The position numbers and the translations under genes were made by a program. A DNA stretch of 64,000 nucleotides from Octopus vulgaris (taxonomy: Eukaryota): the NCBI GenBank assembly GCA_951406725.2, contig OX597823.1, forward strand, positions 85,374,001-85,438,000, written 5' to 3'. Within the stretch, counting starts at the first letter, position 1, and the number at the start of each line of letters is the position of its first letter. Shown piece by piece: positions 1-13,750 of the stretch. The notes under the pieces are model-generated. The model worked only from the letters and a program-made list of their open reading frames with translations. It had not been told where the DNA came from and did not search any database.

Positions 1-960
1 ATTTGACAGAACTTTTGGCACCCTTGATAACCTAAGAGAAATATATAAGATCAAGTACAACTTTGTAGTAGGTTCCGATAAGTTCCCGGCCACTGTCCTG
101 AAGATGTATCGACATCAAATTGCATCCCCTCTAGCTGAGCTCTGGAGAAACTCACTTGATGCAGGCTACATTCCTGATCATTTTCTTTCCCAGTCTGTCA
201 TTCCAGTCTTCAAAAAGGGAAACAAATTTCTTTTAAGCTGGAATTCCCACGTCAACAGCAAGGTTGACTTGGCCCGCAAGATCTACTCCTGGATTCTGAG
301 AACTTTCCGGTCTAGAGATGCCTACACCATCATCCTTCGCTACTCAAATTTTGCCTGACCCCACCTTGAGTACTGTTGTCCACTGTGTCCTCCCCATACG
401 AAACACCTCATTATGAAAGTAAAAGCAATCCAGAGGTTCATACCAGGAAAGATAGACGGCATGAGGGGCATTGATTATTGGGATCGACTAAAAAAACTCA
501 ATCTCTTCTCTCTCCAACGCTGCCGGGTGCTGCTACATCATTTGTGTCATGTGGAAAATATTCCATCAATAATGCACAAATGATGTTGGCGTCAATTTTA
601 AAATCTATCCAAGACTTGGACCCGTGCATCCACCCACTACAAAAATCGAATTCAGGACAGATAGCAACATTACGTCACAATTACTTTACCTCAACCGGTT
701 CAGCTCTCTTTAATACCATACCAAAATACGTAAAAGCGGAAACGGATCCCATAAAATTCAAATGTTTACTGGACAAATTTCTTCAAAAAGTCCCGGACCA
801 ACTTCTTACACCCGGATATGTCTCCAACAATAATAACTCTTTGCCTGAGTCAGCTATGGTGCCCAATATATTACTATAAGACTTCACCAGGTGATGCTAC
901 TGAGTTAGATTTGGGCTGGCCCTTTACTGGCCGAAACCTTTCAAAGTTATCAAAGTTATA
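1..960 (+). mobile_element. CR1/L2-group LINE 3' fragment, decayed, RT core internally deleted
   Basis: Translated motifs LWRNSLDAGYIP..VIPVFKKG, SWNSHV..WILRTFRSRD, HLEYCCPL, YWDRLKKLNLFSLQR, FKCLLDKFL; ends in short tandem tail (CAAAGTTAT)2 before (TA)n. Confidence 0.85.
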
Positions 961-1326
961 TATATATATATATAACTTTTAAATTTGTTTACGGTTAGGG
1001 TTTTGAATATGCAAATACATCTCTAATTCTGTTATACCGGCCACAATCTAATGATGCTGTTTGGTTAACCAGTTTGTTGTGGTTGCATCGAACTGTACCG
1101 TGATAATGTGGGATAGATATAATAATAACAGCAACAATCCTTGTATGGAATTACTAAACGTTTAATGCATCGATACACGCGTTTCCACAAATCATATATC
1201 TCTTAAGATCACAGTCCACATTTCTGGGATGAAAGTAATATAGTCCTTACTATTTGTGGACATCGGGTTGATCTTCATAGATTCAATTTTTCAGGTGATA
1301 TAACATTAAGCTACTGATTTTCTGTT

Positions 1327-1697
1327 GTGGAGGCGCAATGGAACAGTAGTTCGGGCAGTAGACTCGCAGTCATAGGATCGCAGTTTCGATTTCTAGACCG
1401 GGTTTTGTGAGTGTTTATTGAGCGAAAACACCTAAAGCCCCACTAGGCTCCGGCATAGGGTGGTGGCGAACCCTGCTGTACTCTTTCACCGCATCTTTCT
1501 CTCACTCTTTCTTCCTGTTTCAGTTGTACCTGTATTTCAAAGGGTCAGCCTTGATACACTCTTTGTAGAGCTAAATCTCACCCGGAACTACGTTAAGGGT
1601 ACACGTGTATGTGAAGAGCTCAGCCATTTGCATGTTAATTTCACAAGCAGGCTGTTACGTTGATCGGATCAACTGGAGTTCTCATCGACGGAGTGCT
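1327..1697 (+). mobile_element. tRNA(Arg)-derived SINE, OR-like family
   Basis: Head GGAGGCGCAATGG..GACTCGC..GTTTCGAT (A/B-box-like); colinear with copies at 15176 and 20736. Confidence 0.85.
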
Positions 1698-1752
1698 ACG
1701 ATTTCCTGGTATTGTTTCAGTGATGTAGACACTGCTGATGAGAAGCCAATAA

Positions 1753-2043
1753 TTTCTGCTTGGCAAATTAACATGCAAGTGGCTGAGCACTCCTCACGCG
1801 TACCCTCAACGTAGTTCTCAGTGGCTGAGTACTCCAGAGACACGCGTACCCTTAACTTAGTTCTCATGGAGATTCAGTGTGACGCAGAATGTGAGAAGTC
1901 TGAGAATTTGAATTAAAGGTGCGAATCATTTTTGCCACTGTCAAATAAAGTGTCTTACTCAAGGACACAATTTGGACACCAGGAATCGAACTCACAACCT
2001 CACGATCGAGAGACGAGTACCCTAACCACTAAACCACGCGCCT
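1753..2043 (-). mobile_element. tRNA-derived SINE sharing its 3' body with the OR-like family
   Basis: Minus-strand head AGGCGCGTGGTTTAGTGGTTAGGG..GAGTTCGATTCC; internal ~45-bp tandem duplication at 1780-1866. Confidence 0.75.
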
Positions 2044-2539
2044 TTACAAAAGACTATAAGACTGGTATTCTCAATGACGTTTCGGTGTTCATAGTTATAC
2101 CGTTTCGACCTCACTAATAAGACAAGTTTTCTCACACAATATTTAATCGATGATCCCAGCCCCATTATCATAAATATTATTTTCAATTTGTTCCTCTTTA
2201 AAACATTGTGACGTTACACTTAAAATTAACTTGTCCCTTTCCCCAGAAGATACACTTTTTGGGTACAGCTTCCTTGTCGATAAGGTTTTTACGCATGTAT
2301 GAAGAAGTTGGCCCTCAACAAATATAAGTCAATCTGTTTTTTCTGTTTTCGAAAGTAATTTTTAATGGTCACCTCCAAGATTCGACATTTCTATTTAAAC
2401 TTTTATCATTTGCTGGGGCATAAACTTGAACGATTTTTAGTTGAATGATTCGACCCCAGTAACTAATTGTTTCGTTAAGGTTGGTTCTAATTCTAGAGGT
2501 TGCTTTTGCCGAACCACTAAGTTACGGCGATGTAAAAGG

Positions 2540-2984
2540 TGGCTGATGGAAGACCCGATGTCTGGCAACAGGAATCTGCACCACGCTACACAAGCAGGAA
2601 TACCTAGTCATGGTTGTCAGATTATTTCTGCACCCACATCACCCCTAACATCTGGCCAACTAACTCCCCAGATTGCAACTCCCTTGCTTATAAAGTATGG
2701 GACGCAGTTGAGCAAGAGACCAAGAAAACCACTTATAACACCAAAGATGAAATGAAGGCAAGGATTATAGCAGCATTCACCAACTTAAACAAGGAGACCT
2801 TCCACAAGTGTTGCAGGAGATTCTGAAGTCGTCTGGAGGCCATGGTGAAGCCAATGGCGATTGTATTAAATAAAATTACTGTTTAGTATTTCAAGATACT
2901 TTTATGTAATTTTACTAAAAATATGTTAAAATGAGATGTCATATTATATTAATTTAGACGACAATATATTCACCGCACCCTGTA
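2540..2984 (+). mobile_element. Tc1/mariner (DD37D/maT-like) transposase 3' remnant with right TIR
   Basis: WQQESAP, ITPNIWPTNSPDCN, VWDAVEQET, ..RRF*SRLEAMV; terminal CACCCTG-TA. Confidence 0.85.
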
Positions 2985-3267
2985 TGTGTGTGTGTGTGTG
3001 TGTAAGGGGGTGCGTGTACATGCGTATAACTACGTTTCCTTCTGTATATCTGTATATTGTTCTATACATACATGCGTATATATGTGTGTGCATGTGTGTG
3101 TGCGTGTAGAGTACGGAACCATTCGAAAACAAAATATTTTGCACTGAATTTCTGAATTCTCTCAATTGTAGATACAATAAATTGACCAACTCTATATTGT
3201 AACTGTAAAAATATTTTACTTCATTTTCAAATATTAAATATTCGTCCTTTGTTTTAATTTACTTCTA

Positions 3268-3346
3268 CCTTCTTCTTCTTCTTCTTCTTCTTCTTCTTCT
3301 TCTTCTTCTTCTTCTTCTTCTTCTTCTTCTTCTTCTTCTTCTTCTT
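3268..3346. repeat. (TCT)n microsatellite
   Basis: Direct reading. Confidence 0.95.
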
Positions 3347-4213
3347 CTCTCTCACCCCCTCTCGCTCTCTCTCCCTGTACGCACATAAACACACATATGT
3401 ATGAAGCTATGTGTGTTTGTATTCTATGGAACATACAGAGTAAAGAAGAAAGAAATTGAGTTGAAAACTTCTAAGTTTTCACCGAAATCACATCTGCATT
3501 AAATGAGTGATTATTCTACATTTATTACACATGCTGTTAGTTAATGGTTCTTTGAAAGCATCAGGAATCATTCTCTGAACTGATATTCAAAGCTTATTTA
3601 ATTAAACAGAAAGAGATGTTCATTAATAGCTCATTAAAGAAACGCATTGTAATATTTGATTCTTACTTCATGCCAAGTCAATTTCTCTGGTGTGTTTCAT
3701 AATTTTTTATTTTATTCTCTTTTTCGCTTTTGTTGATAATACATTTGGTGCTGCAGTTCTCGTAGTTGATTTGTTGTTTATATTAGATGTTGCCTCGCCA
3801 CAAGCAGGTCCTGATAGAGTAGTGCAAAGATAAAAGATATTCAGACAAATATTATCACCTTTTTGTTTCCATAACTAGATATATTTTTAAAAGAGCTACC
3901 AAGTACATGCTTCATATTTCTAACATTACATATCTATTTTTTGTTGTTATTATTGTTAATAATATCACTGTTGACGGTGTCGATTGTTTATATTACCTGT
4001 TGTTATTGTAGATGGTGTAACCGTTCATGTTGTTAGTTGGATTTGTTCTAACATTACAATGAATGATTTGGGGGAGATTTGTGTTTTACGACCGTATCAG
4101 AGAGCTGTCAGAACCATTGGACGGTTGGTTATTTGTCATTTAACGCTTCTATCCCGCAACAAATAGTGATAAATTAAAGCAAACAAAATAACTAACACGA
4201 TCATCATAGGATC

Positions 4214-4407
4214 AGGGGCACCTCTGTGGTAAGAAGTTTGCTTCCAAATCACATGGTTCCGAGTTCAGTCCTACTACGTGAAACCTTGATTACTTATCTG
4301 CTACTATAGCCCCGGGACGACCAAAACATTGTGAGTCGATTTGGCAAACGGAAACTGAAAGAAGCCCGTTGTATGTATATATATATATAAATATATATAT
4401 ATATATT

Positions 4408-4439
<32 letters not shown>

Positions 4440-4458
4440 CACACATACATATATACAC

Positions 4459-4493
<35 letters not shown>

Positions 4494-4871
4494 AGAATGG
4501 TTTTGTTAAGCGGTGTCGAGTTTTAAAATACTGTAAATAATAATAAATAATAATAATGATATTGTTATATAAGCTTAAAGTTTATAGCCATCACCGTGCA
4601 AATGACAAATGATAATAGTCTAATAATGGGGCATATAAGCCCTCAACAGAAAATAAATCGGTAACGCACTTAGTTGTGTTAACAAATTGATGTGGGCTCG
4701 AGTCCTACGCGTACAGGAAAGCCTAATTTTTTTGTCAAGGGCGTATATGCCCCATAATTAGCCTATTTTACTTAGTCATTTGTAGGATGATCACTATAAG
4801 CTTTAAGCTTACAATATATATATATATATGTGTGTGTGTGTATGAGTGTATTTGTACGTGTGTGTATATCT

Positions 4872-4904
<33 letters not shown>

Positions 4905-5070
4905 TGTCCCTTTGTGTCTGTGCTTGTCCACGAACCCCGTTGTACGTGTGCTTACGCTCGACGTAAAGTAGCCTTTCGGCAATAGATATCGGTGGGATGA
5001 GTTCGACTAAAACTTTTGAAGCCGGTGCTCCAGCGTGGTCAAAGTATAATGACTGAAACATGTAACAGGT
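4214..5070 (+). mobile_element. tRNA-derived SINE with internal (TA/TG)n tract, interrupted by an insertion
   Basis: Head 4214-4375 (TGTGGTAAGAAGTTTGCTT..GAGTTCAGTCC..GGAAACTGAAAGAAGCCCG) and tail 4900-5070 (GGTGCTCCAGC..ATGACTGAAAC) match the full copy at 55935-56343. Confidence 0.75.
4566..4815. repeat. Foldback element with ~85-bp imperfect inverted arms
   Basis: TAAGCTTAAAG..CAAATGAC..ATGGGGCATATA.GCCCT at left is the reverse complement of AGGGCGTATATGCCCCAT..GTCATTTG..CTTTAAGCTTA at right. Confidence 0.85.
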
Positions 5071-5419
5071 GAAAGATAATGAACATCACCATCATCATGG
5101 TCGTCGACATTATCACAGTCGTCGTCATCATCATCATCACCATCCTCCTCCTCCTCATCATCATCATCATCACTAGCAGCAGCAGTAGCAGTAGCAGCAG
5201 CAGCAGCGGCAGCGGCAGCAACATTAACGGTCACATCTGCACCGTTCTAAAATATGATCTGATTACTGCCATGTTTCTACCGCATGACATTTATCAAATG
5301 TATATCAATGCCGATTATGATCAACGGAAAAGGGATATATTTCTATGTATATCCATGTCTGTGTATGTATCTCCCTTTTTGCTCTATAAACATATGTGTG
5401 TGCGCGAGTGTGAAAATGC

Positions 5420-5610
5420 GTGTGCATTTGTGGGTCTGTGTTTGTGCCCACCATTACTTGACAACTGATGCTGGTGTGTTTACGTCCCTGTAACTTAGCG
5501 GTAGAATAAGTACTAAGCTTACAAAGAATAAGTCCTGGGGTCGATTTGTTCGACTAGAGGCGGTACTCCAGCATGGCCGCAGTCAAATGACTGAAACAAG
5601 TAAAAGAATG
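5420..5610 (+). mobile_element. SINE 3' half, same family as 55935-56343
   Basis: GCTGGTGTGTTTACGTCCCTGTAACTTAGCGG..CCAGCATGGCCGCAGTCAAATGACTGAAACAAGTAAAAG. Confidence 0.8.
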
Positions 5611-5764
5611 AAAGAAAAAAATCTATCAGTATAAATACACTATAACATAGTAAAATTATACATATCTATTGTCCGACTTACAATAAAAACGCTATTAAAA
5701 TAAATTGTGTAGTATAAGTGTAGAATGTTATTTATAGATCCATATAGTAGGTTATAAGTGAGTA

Positions 5765-6470
5765 GGGGCCGACAGTCATTTCTGGGCGAAGAGTGATCCA
5801 AAAATGTAACAGATTTTAAGGTCCATTAATTCATACTACCGCCCATTCTTCATGGAAATTTCCAACCGATAAGTTTGCATTTGTTATGGTGGAATTCAAA
5901 AAAGAAAGACTTTATAGGGAGCTAAATTTATTAGTGAGGTGTGTGTGAGGTTTTGAGAGTCGTTGGATGGGAGACTATACTACTATTAAGATGAAGCTAT
6001 AAATAATATTTGAGGTAGAGAATTAGAGGAGAATATATAATCTAAATTATTAGAATTAAGATTAATATGATAACAATTTATTGTGAAGTTATGAAGAGTT
6101 AGACGAATGTCTAAGGGTCGAATAATAAGACACAGGAGAAAATAACATCTGCAAATTATTTGAACATTGAAGAATTATACGCAGAATAGTTAATGATTTC
6201 TACATACAGAGTTTACATTTATGTATATATGAATTGTGAGGTGAGGCGCTTCTGTAACTATTGACTAGATTAGTTTGCACTGCATATATTGTGCTTTTAG
6301 ATTATAGATATGTGTAGTTAGTGACGTAGAATATTTGGTTTCTAGGTTAATGAAATAGTTAATATGTGCACAATATCTACGCTTAGAATATACTGTACTC
6401 CCAATATATATCCTTGCCTGGTGGTTGTGGGGTGTAATCACAGTGCATTTATATATCACATTTTTGCTTA
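5765..6470 (-). mobile_element. Penelope-like element 3' remnant: GIY-YIG endonuclease plus downstream hammerhead-like motif
   Basis: KNVIYKCTV..IYIGST..KRRY..H..KYSTSLTTHI matches the GIY-YIG domain pattern of Penelope-like elements; ATGAAGA-TGGGCG..CGCCCA-GAAATGACTGTC at 5853-5771 on minus. Confidence 0.8.
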
Positions 6471-6494
6471 GAAAACGCCCTCGAGAAGGCATGA

Positions 6495-7015
6495 AATGGA
6501 TGCGCTACAGCGACAGGATTTTTCGTTTGCTTCACAAGAAAAATCCGTGCGAGTCAAGTCGAGGAAGCGTGAACGCCATTCAAAGTAGACCACATACATG
6601 GTTGCAGTAAGATGAGGCAACTGCGCATACCAGAAGAGAAACAATGCAGTTGCTACGGCAGTGCTTTGGGGAGAGAATACCCACCCGCTACGGCAATGGC
6701 CTTCTGGTTCCCCAGTCTTCACTAACAAGCCGGAGACACTGGTACAACTAAAAGAGAATATCGATAGAGAAATCAGAGAAGTGAGGTCTGAAACTCTTGA
6801 GGGTGTTATGGTGCAAGTTTTGGTAAGATCACAGGCGCGTGAAGCCGAAATTGGCTGCCATTTAAGCGATGTAATTTTTCATATGTGATGTAGTGGTATT
6901 GCAAAATTTGTCTCCTTCATATTAATACCTATAATGTATTTTATCTTGTATCAACATTTCATGCATTTATTTGTAAAGTCAAAGAAACCCATTAGCAATT
7001 TTGGGACACCTTGTA
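6495..7015 (+). mobile_element. Tc1/mariner transposase remnant with right TIR
   Basis: WLQ*DEATAHT, WPSGSP, NKPETLVQLKENI..GCHLSDVIFH; terminal TTTTGGGACACCTTG-TA. Confidence 0.85.
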
Positions 7016-7084
7016 TATGCGTGTGGTGTGGTTGTCCGTATCTGAGTGTGTGTGTATAAATATATAAATGGATAGAGATAGGTG

Positions 7085-7988
7085 GATAGATATACGTGAC
7101 CGGCAAATGTCATCAGCGGAGTCCCGCAGGGTAATGTGCTGGGTCCACTTCTTTTTATTGTCGATATCAATGGGATTGCAGATTCCATTGGACATAGCAC
7201 CATATAAATATGTGCACATGATTCTAAGCTTCAGAAAGTCATTGAGGGAGCGTATGATCGAACAATGCTTCAATCGGAAATATGCGCGGTGACACAGTGG
7301 GCACAAGAAAATATGCAGTTTAACGAAGAAAAATTAGAGCTCATCCACTTTGGAAAAGAAGGTACACTCTAACAACTACATACACTACCGTCGGGACACC
7401 TGCTTGAACCGTCGGATAACATCAGAGACTTAGGTGTAACTGTTGACAACAACCTTAGTTGGAGTATGCACATCAACAAAAAAGTCGATGTTGCCCGCAG
7501 AATGTGCTTATCGATCCTCGGTACTTTCCAATCTAGGGATCATCGAACCATCATCTACCTCTTCTCCACATTCGCTTGGTCCCACCTCGAATACTGCTGC
7601 CCATTATGGTTCTCCTACAAAAAACAAGACATAATGAGGATCGAAGCGCCACAAAGATCAATCATACACACAAAAGAAATGGCATGATAAGACATGATTA
7701 TTGGGCTCGACTTAAACAGCTGAAGCTCTATTCTCTCAACGCTGCCGTGAGCGATACATTATTTGCACCATGTGGAAAATATTCCACCAATATTATCCAA
7801 ATGATATTGGTATTATATTAAAAATTCACCCAAGATAGGGCCCCGTGTTATGCGTCCTCTACAAAGGTTAAGATTACATCACATAAGAACATTGCGACAC
7901 AGTTTCTTCACTGCAGATGGTCCTGCACTTTTCAATGTTATCCCGAAAGAAATTAAATTAGAAAAAGACCCCACAACTTTCAAACGGT
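7085..7988 (+). mobile_element. CR1/L2-group LINE RT fragment, related to 1-960
   Basis: SGVPQGNVLGPLLFIVDIN, decayed YADD (CAHDSKL), IRDLGV, HLEYCCPLW, YWARLKQLKLYSL; frameshifts and stops. Confidence 0.9.
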
Positions 7989-8400
7989 AAAATGAAGAAA
8001 ATTTGCCTTAGTTTATTTATATACAGGTATAAAATCTCTTCCAAAATTACCATCAAATTTAATCAAATGAAATACAAGATAGAATAAAAGAAGTAGAATA
8101 TCTATTTTTATTGCATTTAAGAATTTTTCGTATAGCGCATAAGAACGCTTGCTCTTCTCCAGCCGTATCCCGGTAGGTGAAACAGCTACATTAGAACATC
8201 ATACTTAGATACACCATAGATATTTGTTGCAGGGAAAGGAAATTCAGCCGGAGGAATTCCACTGCCGCCTTTGGTTGCGAACCGATCCGATGGTTACTTT
8301 TGCGGTTTTCCTAAATGTTGTCATTAACACTTTCCTCTCACCCAAATCCTATAAAAACTCCCGGTTGCGTTCAGTATCTATTTAACTCTGTATTTATTTA

Positions 8401-8661
8401 AGGCGCATGGCCTAGTGGTTAGGCTGTTGTACACACGATCGCTAGATAGAGGGTTCGAATCATGACTGAGGGATGTGTTGTTTTCTTGAGCAAAGAACTT
8501 AATTTTACGATGCTCTGTTCCCCCCCTCGATCAAGGGGGAGTGTTACTCTGCTCAGCTAACCCGAGGGGTGGCGTTATTTGATAGCTAAATCAATGCAAA
8601 GCGCATTGTGACCAACAACGTGTAACAGCATCTGAGAGTCTGGTCGGTCACGTGATCACGT
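8401..8661 (+). mobile_element. Degenerate tRNA-derived SINE
   Basis: AGGCGCATGGCCTAGTGGTTAGG..GGTTCGAATC head. Confidence 0.65.
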
Positions 8662-9023
8662 CTTTTATTTAAATTGATTAATGGTAGCTAATTGAAATTC
8701 CCGGACAGTACACCCTGCTTGTCTTAATCCGAAGTAACCTTGGTAAAATCATGACACTTGTCAATTTATTTTTTAGTGAGTTTTGTTATTGATATTTGAA
8801 TGATAGTTGAAGTTTCATGACCGTATACCCTTTCCTACCTTATTTAGAAGTGATCCTTACAATACTAATTACAACTGTAATTCTATAGAATAAATATTTG
8901 GTATCTACGTTACAGAGTTATTGAGAACCTTGATGGTGCCTAACGAAGAAAAATAAAATAGGACGTTGAGACAAACATAACCTTCTGAAGGACAAAGATA
9001 TTAGGAAAGATTAAGGCTTTCAG

Positions 9024-9155
<132 letters not shown>

Positions 9156-9715
9156 AACCTTCAAAGGCTTAGACCTAGGATTGAAACTAGCTTTTCTGGA
9201 ATTTCTTTATTCATTGATCTCCGCACTAATTGATTTCTCATAGAATTAATTAATTATAATTATATAAAAAAATTTATATCAAAATGCAGTCTCCTGGGAA
9301 TACAGAGTAATAGGAAGTGGTAAATATAAACAAACAGAAATGATACCAAATAAATCTACAATATAAAGCAAACAGTAACAGAATCAACATCACCTGCTTT
9401 ACCACCCAAGTACTTGTTATTTGTGTTTCTTCATAGGTTAACATCGCGTGTCGCGAAGCTCTGCAGCCTGGTTATAGTTTTATGTTATGAATTCTTGGAG
9501 ATTTTCAATTTATCTAAGCGCGTGATCACTGTATGTCTGAAGTAGATGATTTTTTACGGTTTTATAAACACGATGTACGCGTATATGCATCAATGTATGT
9601 GCATAGGCACACACAGACACACACAGACACACACACACACATATATATATATATATGTGTGTGTGTATATGTATGTATATATACGTATTTTTATAAGTAC
9701 ACACACACATACACT

Positions 9716-9803
<88 letters not shown>

Positions 9804-11899
9804 TACACGCACACAAGAAAAACGGCTATTGTTTATGACATGTTGGCTAATTAATAATTCCGGTTTAAATACTTTTCTGATTTTATTTTCAATCTATATT
9901 AAAATATTTTCTGCTTTTCGTAGTTGTATTTTCATCTCCATTTTACAGTTTTCGCTTTGAACATACTTCAAGACTACCAGAATACACTGCTAGTAGGTAT
10001 TTCAGACATATATATAAAAAAAAACATACCACCAGATGTGGTTTGCACATCGGATGTACATTGTTTTTATTCATATCTATTTCTGGTCCGTGACAGTTTA
10101 TATTATCAGAACATCAATAGAATGAAGTGATATAATTACACTGAAATACCAACGTTCACCTGAGTATTTATTCGGAACTCGTATTGGTATTTTTAGAGCC
10201 ATAGAAGAAAATTAATATGGACTTTAAAATGATTAGCGAAAAGAAAATTTACAATATAGAGTCTAGGTTTTAATACGGAAGAAAAGTGTAAAAGATTATA
10301 CGATAGGTAATATATAGTTCTTGCAAATAATAAAGTTTTTGCTATGGAGGCAATTAATTTTATGTTAATAGATTTCAATAAATTTTTTTATGGATTTTTT
10401 TTTTTACATTGGACTGATGTAACACACGTTCACGGGAGTTTAGGCGATTCACTAGAGACCAAAGACAAAAAGTGACTCGCAATGATATTCTTATGGAGAA
10501 TAGAAAAGTGAAATGTAATCTTGTTCTTAATCGTGGATTTTCTTAAAACAACACTCAGTAAAACAATTTTAATAACATTCATAAAATTAATTATTAGGTC
10601 ACTTTGCCCACAAAAGCTGTACAAATACAAATGCATACAAAATATTTTCGTATATAAGAGAGCGCATAGGGCGAACATACTTATCTTTTATCTCTAACTT
10701 GTTTCATTCATTAGGCTGTCGCCATGCTTTTTCAATCAAATTCTTTTGCTTGTTTCACTTGGTGTATTATTTGCTTTCTACTGTAACCTCAGAAATATAA
10801 AGCGAAATAGCAATGATAAAGAAAGTGTAAGATGAAGATAAATACGTCAATGGAAGAAACAGAGAGAATCTAACGATTTGGGTAGTGCCTTTTACCAAAG
10901 AGAACAAAAAACGTTGCGAGAAGCAACAACGAAATCTCTGCTTTAAATAGACTTCTGAAATTTGGTATCCTATGTTCTCCTCTGTCTCGCCACGTCGCTC
11001 TTGCATTCCTGACATTGAGAGGGGCAGGTTGGGGAGAGAAAAATAACTCAGAATTTGTAAGTTTTACTTTATCAGCCAGGTTTAAAAAGTAATTTTGAAC
11101 TTGGGAAGATTTAATTCACAACACAAGGACTGGAGTAAATACTGCAAGGGAAATCTCCAGCCTTCATACAATGCTCTCATTAGACTGGACAGAGCAGAGT
11201 TATAAAGTTGGAGGGTAAACATATTATGTAGATCTCCAGTGCTAGACGGTACACTTCTTGGTACCTTAAGGTATATAACACCTTCGCTCTAGCTCGATAC
11301 TAACATTGTATCTAGTAACAATAATTCACATATTGCCAGTAGGTCTGATAGGAATAACGCGAAATAAAGAGCTTAACACATGAGCAGAAGGTTCTTCAAA
11401 AATAGGGTATCAAACTCACAGTCTTATATTCAACTCTCTCGTTCTCTAAACAATAAGCCTTCTCAATCACAGATTAAATTGGGCAAAATAAAATGAGCAA
11501 ATAGCTTAATCATTAAGGAAACTTTCACTCAAAGAAGGAAGGCTAATTTGGGAAATACTGCTTGTCGAGCTTCATCAGGTGTTCTTTTTCCTTTCTTTCT
11601 CCTAATCACAATATAATTCCTTGCTCCTGTACATAAAGAATATATAATCATCTTTATAATTCCATAATTTATAGTGCTGGTATATTAAATTTATATTACG
11701 TCTTGCTTTGTTTACAATGTAAGAAAACTTGCAAGAGCTATGCCATGCATATGGGACCACATACGTTTATAAGAATTGTGCAAGCACAGGAGCATACTTG
11801 AGCATAGGAGAACTGATGAAGGTAATTATCAATAAGTCTGCTTCATAATTATGAATATGTTTATGAAAACATTACACATGCAAACCTATATATCTGCAC

Positions 11900-12047
11900 A
11901 TATCGATACATATGTATGTATATGCATATAAGGATATGTACTTTCTGTACACTAACTCATATACGTACGTTCACACAGACACAATCACAAACACATACAT
12001 ACATAGATATAGACATATACAAATATCCATACATATGTATATATATA

Positions 12048-12098
<51 letters not shown>

Positions 12099-12328
12099 TA
12101 TGTATATATATAATTTGATATATGTAAATGTATAATTATATGTGTGTATGTATATATATATGTATATACATATATATATACATACACACATATAATTATG
12201 TGTACATACCAAAATAATAAAGCACATATGTACACATATGCAGATGTAGATACATATATGCTTGTGTATGTATGTATATATATATGAACATATATGTATG
12301 TATATATGTATGCATGTATATATATATA

Positions 12329-12360
<32 letters not shown>

Positions 12361-12369
12361 CATATATAC

Positions 12370-12400
<31 letters not shown>

Positions 12401-12492
12401 CATATAACGTATAGTTGGATATGTATGCATATAAATATATTTATAAAACTTACATAGAAATACATATGTACGTACACACGGTCACACACACG

Positions 12493-12550
<58 letters not shown>

Positions 12551-13098
12551 CACACAGACACATTAATATATGTAATCTCGCATGTCTAGCTGCGCATGCC
12601 ATTATTATCCGCGAACAGGGGTTTACAGTTGTTGTTCCAACATTCTCAGACACCTGTGTATTGTAGATAACGCTTTGAAAAGCTATTGAATCTAATAATC
12701 AGAAAACAAACTTTCTTTTTTCTTCTTTTACCTTCTTTTACGTCAACATAAAAGGGCTGTATTTTACAATTTGGAAAATATAAAGCAAAACGTATAATTA
12801 AAAACGATAGGAAATGTGACCGTCAAAATATTTAACACGATGATTTTCTCTAAGAAAAGAGATGAGAAGCGGCTTCGAAAGAAAGAAACTGCGGGAAGAC
12901 AAATGGAGCAACGTGTTAAAAAGAATTTGTTGTGTACGTATGTGTGTGTGTTTGGTTGTTTTGTGTGTAAGTAGCATATGTACTACTGTGTATACGATAC
13001 AGACACGGAGAGGGGAAGGTGATGCATACATACATACGTACATATATATATATGTATGTGTTTTTGTGCGTATGTATACACACACACACACACATATA

Positions 13099-13154
<56 letters not shown>

Positions 13155-13206
13155 TATATAATATATGTATATATATATATATGTATATATATATGTATAT
13201 ATATAC

Positions 13207-13254
<48 letters not shown>

Positions 13255-13403
13255 TATGTATATATATATATGTATATGTATACGTATATATATATAGAGA
13301 GAGACTCATACATATATACATATAGATATAGATATTTACATACATATATGTGTGTATGTGTGTGTGTATGTTCACGCTCAATGTTCTCTGCACGCACCTC
13401 TAG

Positions 13404-13463
<60 letters not shown>

Positions 13464-13677
13464 TATATTGAGAGAGAATAAGAGAGTGAGACAGAGAGTG
13501 GGAGCATATATATGAATATACTTTTGCCTGCATGTGTGCGAATATATATGTATATATGTGCATATATACCCACACCTTTATAAACACTTCTATACTTTTA
13601 CTCTGCACGCACATATAAAGATACGCATAATTATATTCAGATTATTCTTGTGTGCATATGCGAGTGTATATATACAT

Positions 13678-13746
<69 letters not shown>

Positions 13747-13750
13747 TGTG
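11900..13750. repeat. Compound (TA)n/(CA)n/(TG)n microsatellite field
   Basis: Direct reading; source of the YI-rich pseudo-ORFs. Confidence 0.9.

Noticed and set aside
1040-1112. Hammerhead-like CTAATGA..GAACTGTA
   Set aside because: Catalytic G5 altered, GAAA incomplete, stem I unconvincing
10144-10192. Hairpin AAATACCAA/TTGGTATTT enclosing GGAACTCGTA
   Set aside because: No CUGANGA core; may be chance in AT-rich DNA
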